Assembly (NCBI GenBank): GCA_963828255.1
Contig: CAWHDZ010000013.1
Coordinates: 1-51,854 of the forward strand
Source of the DNA: an uncultured delta proteobacterium
GTDB taxonomy: Bacteria; Myxococcota; Myxococcia; Myxococcales; Anaeromyxobacteraceae
Direction of reading: 5' to 3'
DNA length: 51,854 bases
Shown: piece by piece, positions 41,738-50,000 of the stretch
Position numbering within the stretch: position 1 is the stretch's first letter
Layout: each line of letters starts with the position of its first letter
Notes under the pieces: generated by a model
What the model was told of the DNA's origin: nothing
What the model saw: the letters and a program-made list of their open reading frames with translations, nothing else
Database searches by the model: none
Position numbers and translations under genes: made by a program

Positions 41738-42292
41738 TCAGACGGACGGGAAGGAGTACGTCGGGAGGCCGGCCCCGATCGCAGACGAGAGAGCGCCGGG
41801 CACGCGCGCGAGCGCGGTCTGGATCGCGGTGGTGAGCGAGCCGATGTTGACGTCGCTGCCCTCGGACACCGGGAGGAAGGACTGCCCGACCTTCGGGAGC
41901 GCGGGGACCGCGAGCCCGACAGGGGTGCCGGGGATGGCGGGGATCGCGCCGGGAACCGCAGCCCCCTCGCGCGCCTTGGCGACGGTGCGCACCTCGGTCG
42001 CCGCCTTGAACTGACAGACGTCGTCGAGGGTGTCGGCGAGCTCGTAGAGCTTCTTCGCGTCGGTCGCCGCGAGGATGGCGGAGGAGACGGCCGTCCGCTG
42101 CTCGTACGGGAGCCCCTCGATGCCCGCGTCGGCAACGCCGGTCGGGCACGGAGAGCCCTTCGGGTTGGTCTTGGTGCCGGGCGGGATCGGGAGCGGACCC
42201 GGTCCGGTCGTCGGCGTCGGCGTCTTCTTGGAGGACGACGAGACGACGAAGGCACCGGCCGCGAGGAGAGCGAGGAGGACGAAGGGGTTCAT
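41738..42292 (-). CDS. N-terminally membrane-anchored Pro-rich protein with one helical module
   Basis: MNPFVLLALLAAGAFVVSSSSKK anchor; DAGIEGLP...LADTLDDVCQFKAA. Confidence 0.75.
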   Translation of the reverse strand: MNPFVLLALLAAGAFVVSSSSKKTPTPTTGPGPLPIPPGTKTNPKGSPCPTGVADAGIEGLPYEQRTAVSSAILAATDAKKLYELADTLDDVCQFKAATEVRTVAKAREGAAVPGAIPAIPGTPVGLAVPALPKVGQSFLPVSEGSDVNIGSLTTAIQTALARVPGALSSAIGAGLPTYSFPSV

Positions 42293-42334
42293 CGGGACCT
42301 TGAGGAGGTGGTGGGAGAGCTCAATCGTAGGCCG

Positions 42335-42883
42335 TCAGCCAGCCTCGTAGAAGGGCGTCTCGCCGTGGACCATCCACGCCGAGGGTTCGGTGAGGCCCGC
42401 GTCGCGCGCGAACTCGGGCGCAAAGTCCGGCATGCCGAGCCGGCGGCTCGGATCCTCGACCGTGAAGCCGTGGACGCGCACCCCGACGTGATAGAGCGCG
42501 GCGGCCTGCGCGAACGGCACCGATCGACCCCGCTCGTCGCGCAGCACCCAGCGACGTCGGAAGCAAGGGCGCGCGGTCTCGATGTGGTCGCGCACGTAGA
42601 GCTCGGCGGCGCGCCAGCAGGAGAGTTCCTTGCAGTCGCCATGTCCGCGCTGGAGGGTGGTGCGCAGGTCCTGGAAGAGGTCACCGCCACACGGCGCCTC
42701 GGGCGTCAGGTAGAAGACGCCGGTGTCGTAGAGGCGTGGGAAGTTGGGGTGCGCCGTGAGGAAGTCGCAGTAGATCCCGAAGAAGGCGTTGAGCATGTGC
42801 CCGAGCGCGCGGTCGGACAAAAGCACGTCCACCGGATCGCTCGGTCCGTTCATCAAGTCGAGGCTGAACGTCCCGTCGTACAC
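42335..42883 (-). CDS. Transglutaminase-like cysteine protease
   Basis: GHGDCKELSCWRAAEL (Cys), YHVGV (His), EDPS (Asp), in transglutaminase-fold triad order. Confidence 0.75.
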   Translation of the reverse strand: MYDGTFSLDLMNGPSDPVDVLLSDRALGHMLNAFFGIYCDFLTAHPNFPRLYDTGVFYLTPEAPCGGDLFQDLRTTLQRGHGDCKELSCWRAAELYVRDHIETARPCFRRRWVLRDERGRSVPFAQAAALYHVGVRVHGFTVEDPSRRLGMPDFAPEFARDAGLTEPSAWMVHGETPFYEAG

Positions 42884-42886
42884 CGG

Positions 42887-43115
42887 CTGTGCCTGTCCTC
42901 TCTGGGTGACCCCGTAACTGGCGCGTCGACCGATGAGAGCAGAAACAGGTCCATCCGAGAAGGTACGTGAGCCTCCTCAGAGAACTGCCGTGGAGCCCCG
43001 GGGGTGAGGCCTGCCGCACAGGTCAACGAGCCAGGTACGGGTCCGACCCGCAGCACGCCCACCCCCACCTGTTGGAGGGTGATGGGGTCGTGCCGAGGGT
43101 CGAGCCCGAGGCTGG
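42887..43115 (-). ncRNA. Highly structured intergenic RNA (long hairpin plus multibranch domain)
   Basis: Hand-paired helices: CGGGCUCGACCC/GGGUCGGACCCG, CGGCACG/CGUGCUG, CUGUG/CACAG, GGCCUC/GAGGCU, CCUGUU/GACAGG, CUCUC/GAGAG. Confidence 0.45.
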
Positions 43116-43117
43116 GA

Positions 43118-43792
43118 TCAGCCGCAGTCGACGGTGTCGCCGAGGATCGCGCCCGAGAAGGTCGCGCTCGACCCCGGGGCGCCGGTGTAGCGCACCTGGA
43201 GGTAGAACGGGCTCGAGGGGCCCGCGGTGATCGTCTGGATGAAGGCGCTGTCGTCGCCGACCTCCGAGAGGATGCGCGCCGGGATGACGCCGTTCGCGGG
43301 GATCAGGAGGAGCAGCGTGTTGTTCACACGCAGCTGCTCGATCGCGAACGCATCGCTGATTGTCGACGGCACCGCGAGGCGGAGGCCGCGGAACAGCTGC
43401 GGGGGGTAGATCGTGATGGTCTGGCTCTGGCTGGTCGTCGGAGGCGCTCCGGCGGGGGCCGTGAAGACCTGCTCCGGGATGGCGAGCAGGGTGCGGCGCG
43501 CGCGGACCGGGCGGCCGTCGGGGGTCGAGCAGAACGCGCTGCCGCCGGTGCCGTAGCAGCAGCCGGGATCGGCGCCGCCGCCGGCGCCGGAGGGCGCGAG
43601 GCAGTTGGCGGCCTTCTGCATGATCTGCCCGAGCGGGCTGAAGTTCTCCTGCGGCGTGCCGGCCCAGGAGAGGTCGCTGCCGCGGGCGTAGCCGCCGCCC
43701 TGGACGCGCGCGCCCTGACGACGGGCGGCCTGCATGGACTGAGCGCGGAGAGCGATGGCGTGAGCGAGACGGGGATCGATGGTACGGGACAT
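43118..43792 (-). CDS. Candidate major capsid protein (single jelly-roll-like C-terminal domain, flexible N-arm)
   Basis: AGGAGG RBS; ~125-aa domain of alternating beta-strands (TITIYPPQLFRGLRLAV, FAIEQLRV, FYLQVRY, FSGAILG); heads the protease and membrane-protein operon. Confidence 0.5.
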   Translation of the reverse strand: MSRTIDPRLAHAIALRAQSMQAARRQGARVQGGGYARGSDLSWAGTPQENFSPLGQIMQKAANCLAPSGAGGGADPGCCYGTGGSAFCSTPDGRPVRARRTLLAIPEQVFTAPAGAPPTTSQSQTITIYPPQLFRGLRLAVPSTISDAFAIEQLRVNNTLLLLIPANGVIPARILSEVGDDSAFIQTITAGPSSPFYLQVRYTGAPGSSATFSGAILGDTVDCG

Positions 43793-43804
43793 GGACGTGC
43801 CTCC

Positions 43805-43932
43805 TGGTTGATGAGCAAGGGACCCCCGTCCACAGCAGCTCTCGTTCGAACCTGTCTCTTGTGCGCGAAGCGCGGTGGCCTTGCGGCCCGGATCTGGGAC
43901 CGAACCCCCACCCCCTCACGGAGGTGGAGAGG
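43805..43932 (-). ncRNA. Structured leader with GNRA-capped hairpins
   Basis: CUCCACCUCC-GUGA-GGGGGUGGGG; GGCC-GCAA-GGCC; GCGC-UUC-GCGC; ACAG/CUGU. Confidence 0.4.
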
Positions 43933-43935
43933 CGA

Positions 43936-44418
43936 TCAGCCCTGGCCGTAGAGCGAGGCGTACTGGTCGGCGCCGAACGGCATGCCGCCGCCGCCGAGCA
44001 GGTGGCCGAACTCGCCCTTGGCCGCAGCGCCCGGAGCGGGCGTCGCGCTCTGGTTCTTCATGCGCTCGCCGAGGATCGCGCCCTGGTTGGCGCCCCAGAA
44101 GGCGAGCGAACCGTTGGCGATGTTGACCACGTGCTCGTCCCAGCCCTTGGTGTACCCCATGAACGAGGCGGCGTGGAGGACGATGCCGGTGATCAGGTCG
44201 GCGCTGAGCGAGCCCCAGCCGGGCATGCCGCGGTAGCCCTGGAGGAAGCCCCAGCCGAAGGCGGTGCCGCCGACTTCGACCGCGCCGAGGACCTGCATCC
44301 CCGTGCGCTTCTCGGCCTTCTCCTTCTTCTCGAGCTTGGCCTCCGCGCGCTCGGCGCGAACGATCGCGGGCGTCGAGTAGCCGCGGTAGTGGTCGACATC
44401 GGTGCGGGACAGGTACAT
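43936..44418 (-). CDS. Viral protein with a charged N-terminal helix and Gly-rich hydrophobic segments
   Basis: AGGAGG RBS; AEAKLEKKEKAEKR followed by 2-3 moderately hydrophobic helices. Confidence 0.7.
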   Translation of the reverse strand: MYLSRTDVDHYRGYSTPAIVRAERAEAKLEKKEKAEKRTGMQVLGAVEVGGTAFGWGFLQGYRGMPGWGSLSADLITGIVLHAASFMGYTKGWDEHVVNIANGSLAFWGANQGAILGERMKNQSATPAPGAAAKGEFGHLLGGGGMPFGADQYASLYGQG

Positions 44419-44573
44419 GGGCAAGCCTCCTGAATGGGTGAGAGGAGCATGCCGCCTCGGTCCAGGCGTCGTCCAAGGAAATAAGCCTTAGTTTTCACCC
44501 ACTTCCTTAGGTGAGTCGTCGCGAGCCCCGAAAGAAGCTCGATTTCCCGGGCAATTCTGGGGACAATCGACGC

Positions 44574-45359
44574 ATGAGCCTGCGCAGCCTCTCCCTCGGC
44601 AAGAAGACGCCGCGCCACGACGTGCGCACGTTGCAGATCGCCAAGTACCTGACCCCACGGCTGCCCGATCCGCCACGTTCGGTCGCGTGGACCAAGGCGT
44701 GCGACGAGCACTGGCCGATGTACGCGAACGACCGCGTCGGCGACTGCACGTGCGCGACCGCAGCGCACCTCATCCAGGCTTGGACCGCGAACGGGCAAGC
44801 GAAGGAGATCGAGGTGACCGAGCGCTCCGTGCTCGGCTTCTACTCGAAGGTGACCGGCTACGATCCGAAGCGCCCGAGCACGGACAAGGGGGCGGTCGAG
44901 CTCGACGTGCTCCGCGCGTGGCGCAAGATCGGGATCGAAGGGTCGCGAGGGCGCATTCACAAGATCGGCGCCTTCGCGGCGGTGTCACTCTCGGATCGGA
45001 TCCTCGTCGAGGACTCGATCCACCTCTTCGGGGGCATCTACACCGGGTTCGCGCTGCCAGAGAGCGCGCAGGACCAGAGCGTGTGGGACGTGCCGCCTGG
45101 GGGCGCTGCTCGTGGCAAGGGCAAGGTCGGATCGTGGGGCGGACACGCGGTGCCGATCCTCGACTACGACGCGCGCGGGCTCACCTGCATCACGTGGGGG
45201 CAGGTGCAGCGCATGACGTGGGCGTTCTTCAAGACGTACTGCGACGAGGCCTACGCGCTCCTCTCCGAGGACTTCCTCTCGAAGAGGACCAAGAAGACGC
45301 CCGCGGGGTTCGACCTCGAGACGCTGCGGAGGGATCTCGATCTCGTGAAGAGCAAGTAG
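44574..45359 (+). CDS. Papain-like (C1-related) cysteine peptidase
   Basis: ANDRVGDCTCA (Cys), WGGHAVPILDYD (His), ITWG. Confidence 0.7.
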   Translation: MSLRSLSLGKKTPRHDVRTLQIAKYLTPRLPDPPRSVAWTKACDEHWPMYANDRVGDCTCATAAHLIQAWTANGQAKEIEVTERSVLGFYSKVTGYDPKRPSTDKGAVELDVLRAWRKIGIEGSRGRIHKIGAFAAVSLSDRILVEDSIHLFGGIYTGFALPESAQDQSVWDVPPGGAARGKGKVGSWGGHAVPILDYDARGLTCITWGQVQRMTWAFFKTYCDEAYALLSEDFLSKRTKKTPAGFDLETLRRDLDLVKSK

Positions 45360-45399
45360 CGGGGCCACTTCGGGCCCCCGCGACACGACCCCGTCTTCG

Positions 45400-45630
45400 A
45401 TGAAGGAACGACTCACCAAGCAAGGCGTACGAGACCTCGATCTTCTGCCCAGCCCGAAGCGCGAGCGCTTCTCGGACAAGGAGCCTGGGCCGCTGCGCCA
45501 ATGCGCCCACCGCAGCATGCGCGTGGACGGCTACCTGCGCCGCGCCTTCCTGGGCTACCCGCGCGGCGTCCCCTGGGGCCATATGGAGTGCGAGGAGTGC
45601 GGGCTCTTCCTCCACTCGTTCGACCCCTGA
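45400..45630 (+). CDS. Small Zn-ribbon-like protein
   Basis: QCAH...ECEECG; 76 aa. Confidence 0.5.
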   Translation: MKERLTKQGVRDLDLLPSPKRERFSDKEPGPLRQCAHRSMRVDGYLRRAFLGYPRGVPWGHMECEECGLFLHSFDP

Positions 45631-45633
45631 GGC

Positions 45634-47475
45634 TCACCCGAAGACGTGGTGCAGGTACGCCGCGATCTGATCGGCGGTGGCCTCGCGCATGCGCACGAGG
45701 TTCTCCTGCATGTGGGGGTTGTCGCGCAGGAAGACGGCCTCCTTGCGGAGCGTCTGCCGTCCGAGCTCGGTCAGCCGGAAGCTCTTCTTGGTGCCGGGGA
45801 CGGGCTCGAGCGCGCGCAGGGCGATGAGCCGGCGCACGTGGGGTGCGCTCGTGCTGTGAAGGCGCAGTCCTGTCCCCTGTCCGGTGAAGAGATCGGGGTT
45901 CACGATCGAGAGCCCCTGGAGCACGAAGGCATTGACGCCGGTGATCGCAGGCGCGGGTCGCGGCACCGGGGGTCGATCGTGACGCACGTCGAGGTGCACT
46001 TGGTGCTCGGGCGGGATCGTGAAGAGGTCCGTCCGCTTGCGACCGGGGATGGCCACCGGGACGAGCAGCCCCAGCTTGATGGCGGTGTTGACGTGCGTGC
46101 GGAAGGTGGGCTCGTGCGCGCGCACGACAATGGCGGCGCCCCCGGGGGTGAGGACCGCGGGAGAGTCCTCGACGACCTTGGCGAGGGTCTCCCAGACGAT
46201 GGGGGTCGCGCCTGCGTGGCGACCGGCGGCGAAGCCGCTCCCGGAGGGTCGAAACGACGCCGAGGCAAGGATCCTGCGGTCGGGCATGCTCTTGAGCTCG
46301 GCCAGCGCGAGGCTCTTGACGTGATCGCCCTTGTCGATCGTGAGCGGGATGTTCGCTTGGCGGAGCAGACGCCGGAACCCTTCCTTCGACTCCTCCTTTC
46401 CGTGGAGGTGCCTGTGCAGATCGAGGAGCGCGATCGTCGAGAACAGGACGTCCTTCTTGGACACCGTGAGGACGTACTCGTCGAACTGATGCGGGTGCGT
46501 CTTCGGCACGGAGCGGTAGTCCCCCGCGATGCGTGCCTCGGGGTCGTGCCGGTAGTGGACCTGGAGCAGGAACTGCTGTTTGCCGGTGAGCGAGTTCGCA
46601 AGATCGCGAAACCGAGAAGGCTGCCACTCGCCCGACGAGAGGCCTGCCTCGAACACCCAGGGGTGTGCGAGCACGGCGTCGAGGGCGCCCTCGACCCGCG
46701 CGCGATCACCGATCGCAGCCTGGCTGAGCCCGTTCCTGAGCCGATCGGCCTCACCGTAGACACGATCGAGGTGTGCCGCAGCCTCGCGTGCGCGAGCGAA
46801 GGGGTGCTCGTGGTCGCCGTAGATCGGGAGCTTACCGATCCTGTCGATCGCGATGCGAGTGCCCGGACCCGATCGCTGGAGCACCTCCGAAAGGGGGGTG
46901 TAGACGGCGACGATGCGCTTCTTCGCGTCGAACACGGCGCCCGCCGAGGGGTGTCCGCGCAGGAACGCGCGTGTCTCGCGCGCGACCTCGAGCGCCTGCC
47001 GCGCAGCCTGCTCTATCGGTGCCGAGTATTCGAGCGCCGCGTCTGCCGAGTGCGGATCGATCCGCTTTCGGCGCCCGGCGGCGTGTCCGGGCGGCGCGCT
47101 CTGCGCGTGCGCGAAGAAGTCCTTGACGACCTTCACCCCACGCTTCCCATGGAGGGCGACCTCGAGAGCGCGGGCCATGTCCTCGAAGGAGCCCCCGCTC
47201 CCAGCACCCCACTTCCCGGTGTAAGAGTAGTAGACGCGCGACCCACCCGTGTGGCGGCGGATTCGAAGGCCCACAGCCCCGCTCATAGTCTTGTAGAGAC
47301 CCACCTCTTCCGAGGCGAGCGCCCCTCCCGCGTGCCCAAGCGGCTTGTCGCGCGCCTGGAGCGCGTGCACACGGTGCTGGATGTCGCGCGCGTCGGCGTC
47401 GATGGCTCGAAAGTCGCGCGCGTCGGCGCCGAGGTGCTTGGCGAGGGAGGGCTTGCGTGCGGCGCGGCGGGCCAT
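45634..47475 (-). CDS. 613-aa basic modular protein with winged-helix-like C-terminal modules
   Basis: Intact ORF; GHAGG/GHAAG/RHAG linkers; VRRLIALRALE...FRLTELGR. Confidence 0.65.
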   Translation of the reverse strand: MARRAARKPSLAKHLGADARDFRAIDADARDIQHRVHALQARDKPLGHAGGALASEEVGLYKTMSGAVGLRIRRHTGGSRVYYSYTGKWGAGSGGSFEDMARALEVALHGKRGVKVVKDFFAHAQSAPPGHAAGRRKRIDPHSADAALEYSAPIEQAARQALEVARETRAFLRGHPSAGAVFDAKKRIVAVYTPLSEVLQRSGPGTRIAIDRIGKLPIYGDHEHPFARAREAAAHLDRVYGEADRLRNGLSQAAIGDRARVEGALDAVLAHPWVFEAGLSSGEWQPSRFRDLANSLTGKQQFLLQVHYRHDPEARIAGDYRSVPKTHPHQFDEYVLTVSKKDVLFSTIALLDLHRHLHGKEESKEGFRRLLRQANIPLTIDKGDHVKSLALAELKSMPDRRILASASFRPSGSGFAAGRHAGATPIVWETLAKVVEDSPAVLTPGGAAIVVRAHEPTFRTHVNTAIKLGLLVPVAIPGRKRTDLFTIPPEHQVHLDVRHDRPPVPRPAPAITGVNAFVLQGLSIVNPDLFTGQGTGLRLHSTSAPHVRRLIALRALEPVPGTKKSFRLTELGRQTLRKEAVFLRDNPHMQENLVRMREATADQIAAYLHHVFG

Positions 47476-47484
47476 GGCGCAAGG

Positions 47485-47712
47485 CTACTCCGGAGAGGGT
47501 GTGCCTGTCGAAGCGCTGACGACACACACGCACTTGCTGTCGACCCAAGTCGCTTTTCCCCTATCGCAGCGACCCGTCTTTTCGCACCGACGCCCGTCTC
47601 GGCAGTCGGTGACGACAGCGCCAACAACGTTCCCGACAAAGAAGCCAAGGAGAAGAAGGAGAGCCGCGGCAGTGAGAATGAGCCCTGCGCGATCGGTTCG
47701 TGTCGCGCTCAC
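47485..47712 (-). CDS. Small single-TM Cys-rich protein
   Basis: GTGA coupling; hydrophobic LILTAAALLLLLGFFVG, then 5 Cys. Confidence 0.6.
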   Translation of the reverse strand: MSATRTDRAGLILTAAALLLLLGFFVGNVVGAVVTDCRDGRRCEKTGRCDRGKATWVDSKCVCVVSASTGTPSPE

Positions 47713-48608
47713 GTCTGCGCTTCCGTCGAAAGGGTCCTCGTCGCCTCGGCCTTCGCCTCTGCCTCGTCGAGGAGAGCGATCACCTCGTCGTAGAGCTTCA
47801 CATGCAGAGGGTGGGGGCCACGATCGCGCGCCCAGACCCGAAGGATGCTGCGGCGCACGCGCCGGGTGAAGGCCTCGACGTCGACCCCCTGTGCGCGGAG
47901 CTCTTGTTCGGCCTGTGCGTAGTCGTCGTCCTCCTTGCGCGAGGGAAGCTGGGCGACGAGCTCGGGCGCCACCGCTTGCAGCACGTCCCGCAGGGCGACC
48001 TTGAACGTGAAGAGGATGCGCCCGCCCGCCCACGGCTTGCGGCCGGCGACGCGCTGGCTGTTCAACGCGAGGCAGGCACCCTCGCCACCTTGGATGATCT
48101 CGACGAGCGTCTGCCGGCCCTCGATCACCTCGCTCGCGGGTCTGTCGTAATAGCCGAGGGCCTCACCCTTCTCGCGCAGCATCCGGAGCAGGATGAAGGA
48201 GCGCGCGGCTTCATTTCCGGGCGCGAGCGGTAGGGAGAGGAACTCCTCGATCGTGAACCAGCCCATGCCCTGGCCCTCGACGGGTCGCGGATTCTGATCG
48301 CCGATGTGGGTCGCGATCATGAAGAGATCGAAGCGCGGCGCGGACGGTGGCCCCTGCTCGAAGGAGCCGTTCCAGAGGCAGTCCACCTGCGACGGCGCCT
48401 GCACCGGAACTTCCAGCCCGAGCTCTTCGCGGATCTCGCGCGCGAGCCCCTCCGACAGGGTCTCGTGTCGCTCGACCTTCCCACCCGGGCACTCCCACGT
48501 CCAGGGGTAGTCCTTGTCGGGCCGCCGCTGGGTGAGAAGGATGCGCCCGGTGCGCAGGATGACCGCCGACGCAACACGCACACGAAAGTCTCTCTCGGTA
48601 CTCTCCAT
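47709..48608 (-). CDS. NUDIX (MutT-like) hydrolase with a C-terminal extension
   Basis: WECPGGKVERHETLSEGLAREIREELG NUDIX box. Confidence 0.85.
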   Translation of the reverse strand: MESTERDFRVRVASAVILRTGRILLTQRRPDKDYPWTWECPGGKVERHETLSEGLAREIREELGLEVPVQAPSQVDCLWNGSFEQGPPSAPRFDLFMIATHIGDQNPRPVEGQGMGWFTIEEFLSLPLAPGNEAARSFILLRMLREKGEALGYYDRPASEVIEGRQTLVEIIQGGEGACLALNSQRVAGRKPWAGGRILFTFKVALRDVLQAVAPELVAQLPSRKEDDDYAQAEQELRAQGVDVEAFTRRVRRSILRVWARDRGPHPLHVKLYDEVIALLDEAEAKAEATRTLSTEAQT

Positions 48609-48753
48609 GGCTTCCTCCCGCTCTACAGCGTCCTCTTTCCAACAGGCCTTGTGGTTCCGCAATAGGGGCATGTTTCTCCACGGTAGCTACCATGAAGAGT
48701 GGTCTCTTCTGGGGTTGCTACAGGGATTGCTCCCACAAGATTCGCGCGCATCT

Positions 48754-48993
48754 TCACCGAAGAAGCCCCAGGGAAGAGTTCTCGAAGTGCACGCCAAACA
48801 AACGTGCGAAGAGCATGAAGAAGAGCAGGGTTGTGAGGGGCGATACCAGCCACGCGATGACGCCCAGCGCAACACCCTTTGGTGCGGGGCCCTTCGCTCC
48901 GCGGTCAAGGAGTGTGTCGTGCACCCAACTACCGATCACGACGGCTCCTGGAATCCCCGCAAGCAGCCAGATGACGATGATTTGCTCGGCCAT
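48754..48993 (-). CDS. Small two-TM membrane protein
   Basis: Two hydrophobic segments in 79 aa. Confidence 0.6.
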   Translation of the reverse strand: MAEQIIVIWLLAGIPGAVVIGSWVHDTLLDRGAKGPAPKGVALGVIAWLVSPLTTLLFFMLFARLFGVHFENSSLGLLR

Positions 48994-48996
48994 GGG

Positions 48997-50000
48997 CTAC
49001 GCCCAAATCCCGGCGAGCGCTCCGGCCGCAGCGAGATCGACCCCAGCCTGGGCCTCGGGCAGCCCGAGGACGAAGCGCTCGTTGCCAGGCAACTGGAGCA
49101 TGAGCGCGAGGGTGAGCAACTCCTCGGCGGCCGGCACCGTCCAGTCGTGCACGCAGATGGGGAGTTTCCGGTCGAGATCGAACACCTGCCGGCCACCCAT
49201 GCCGGCGAGGAGGTGGGGCTGGTCGCGGCTCGCGAGCAGATAGCGTCGCCCGGAGTCGGCGCCGACCACGACGAAGCGTCCGAGCGTCCGGTAGTCGTCC
49301 CGCTGGTCGGGGGTGAGGAAGGCTTCGAGCACGCGGTGCGCGCGGATCTCGGCGCGTCGAACTCGGGCATCGGACAGCCGACAATCGCGGCTGCGACGGT
49401 GACCCCCGCTTCGGGCTTCTTCGCGGGCTTCTCCACCAGCTTCTCCACCGGCTTCTCCTCGGCAGCCGACGCAGGCGCAGGCGTGCGGTAGGTCTGCATC
49501 GCGGCCGGTTCCTCCGCGTGCACCTCGGCGACGACGTCCTCGATCGTCTTGTCGCCGGCCGCGAGCGAGGGCTGCGGCGGTAGTTCGCCGACCGCCTGCG
49601 GATCCTGGGGCTGTCCCCAGACCTCCTCGATGCTGCCGTCCTTGTAGCGCACGGCGTGGAGGAGCTTGCGACCCGGCTTCAGAGGCTGGGCGAGCACCGC
49701 CGAGACCTCGTGCAGGCCCGCGGCGAGTTCCACGACGACGCCGTCGGCGTGGTCACGGTACGCAGAGGACTCGAGGGGAAGGAAGGCGTCTGGCTTGGCC
49801 CAGCCCTGCGACGCCCAGGGCCGACGCTTGCGGAGCGCGTGGTCGCGCAGGATGCGCAGGGCCTGCTCCTCGATCGGGGTGACATGGAAGGCCCGCAACT
49901 GCGTGCGGCGGGGCCCGAGCGAGGTGAGCTGGATGTCCCCATGCGTCGTCGGCATGTACCAGAGGAAAGGGCTCTTCTTGGGCTTGTTCTTCTCAGCCAT
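48997..50000 (-). CDS. Hypothetical protein, frameshifted at ~49352
   Basis: MAEKNKPKK...GCPMPEFDA joins AEIRAHRVLEAFLTPDQ...LPICVHDW by adding one G. Confidence 0.6.

Noticed and set aside
42929..42952. Hammerhead-like CCGATGAG...GAAAC on the plus strand
   Set aside because: The core is CCGAUGA rather than CUGAUGA, stem II cannot form, and it lies on the non-coding strand
43105..43117. UCCCAGCCUC resembling the HDV ribozyme
   Set aside because: Short match only; I could not build the nested double pseudoknot
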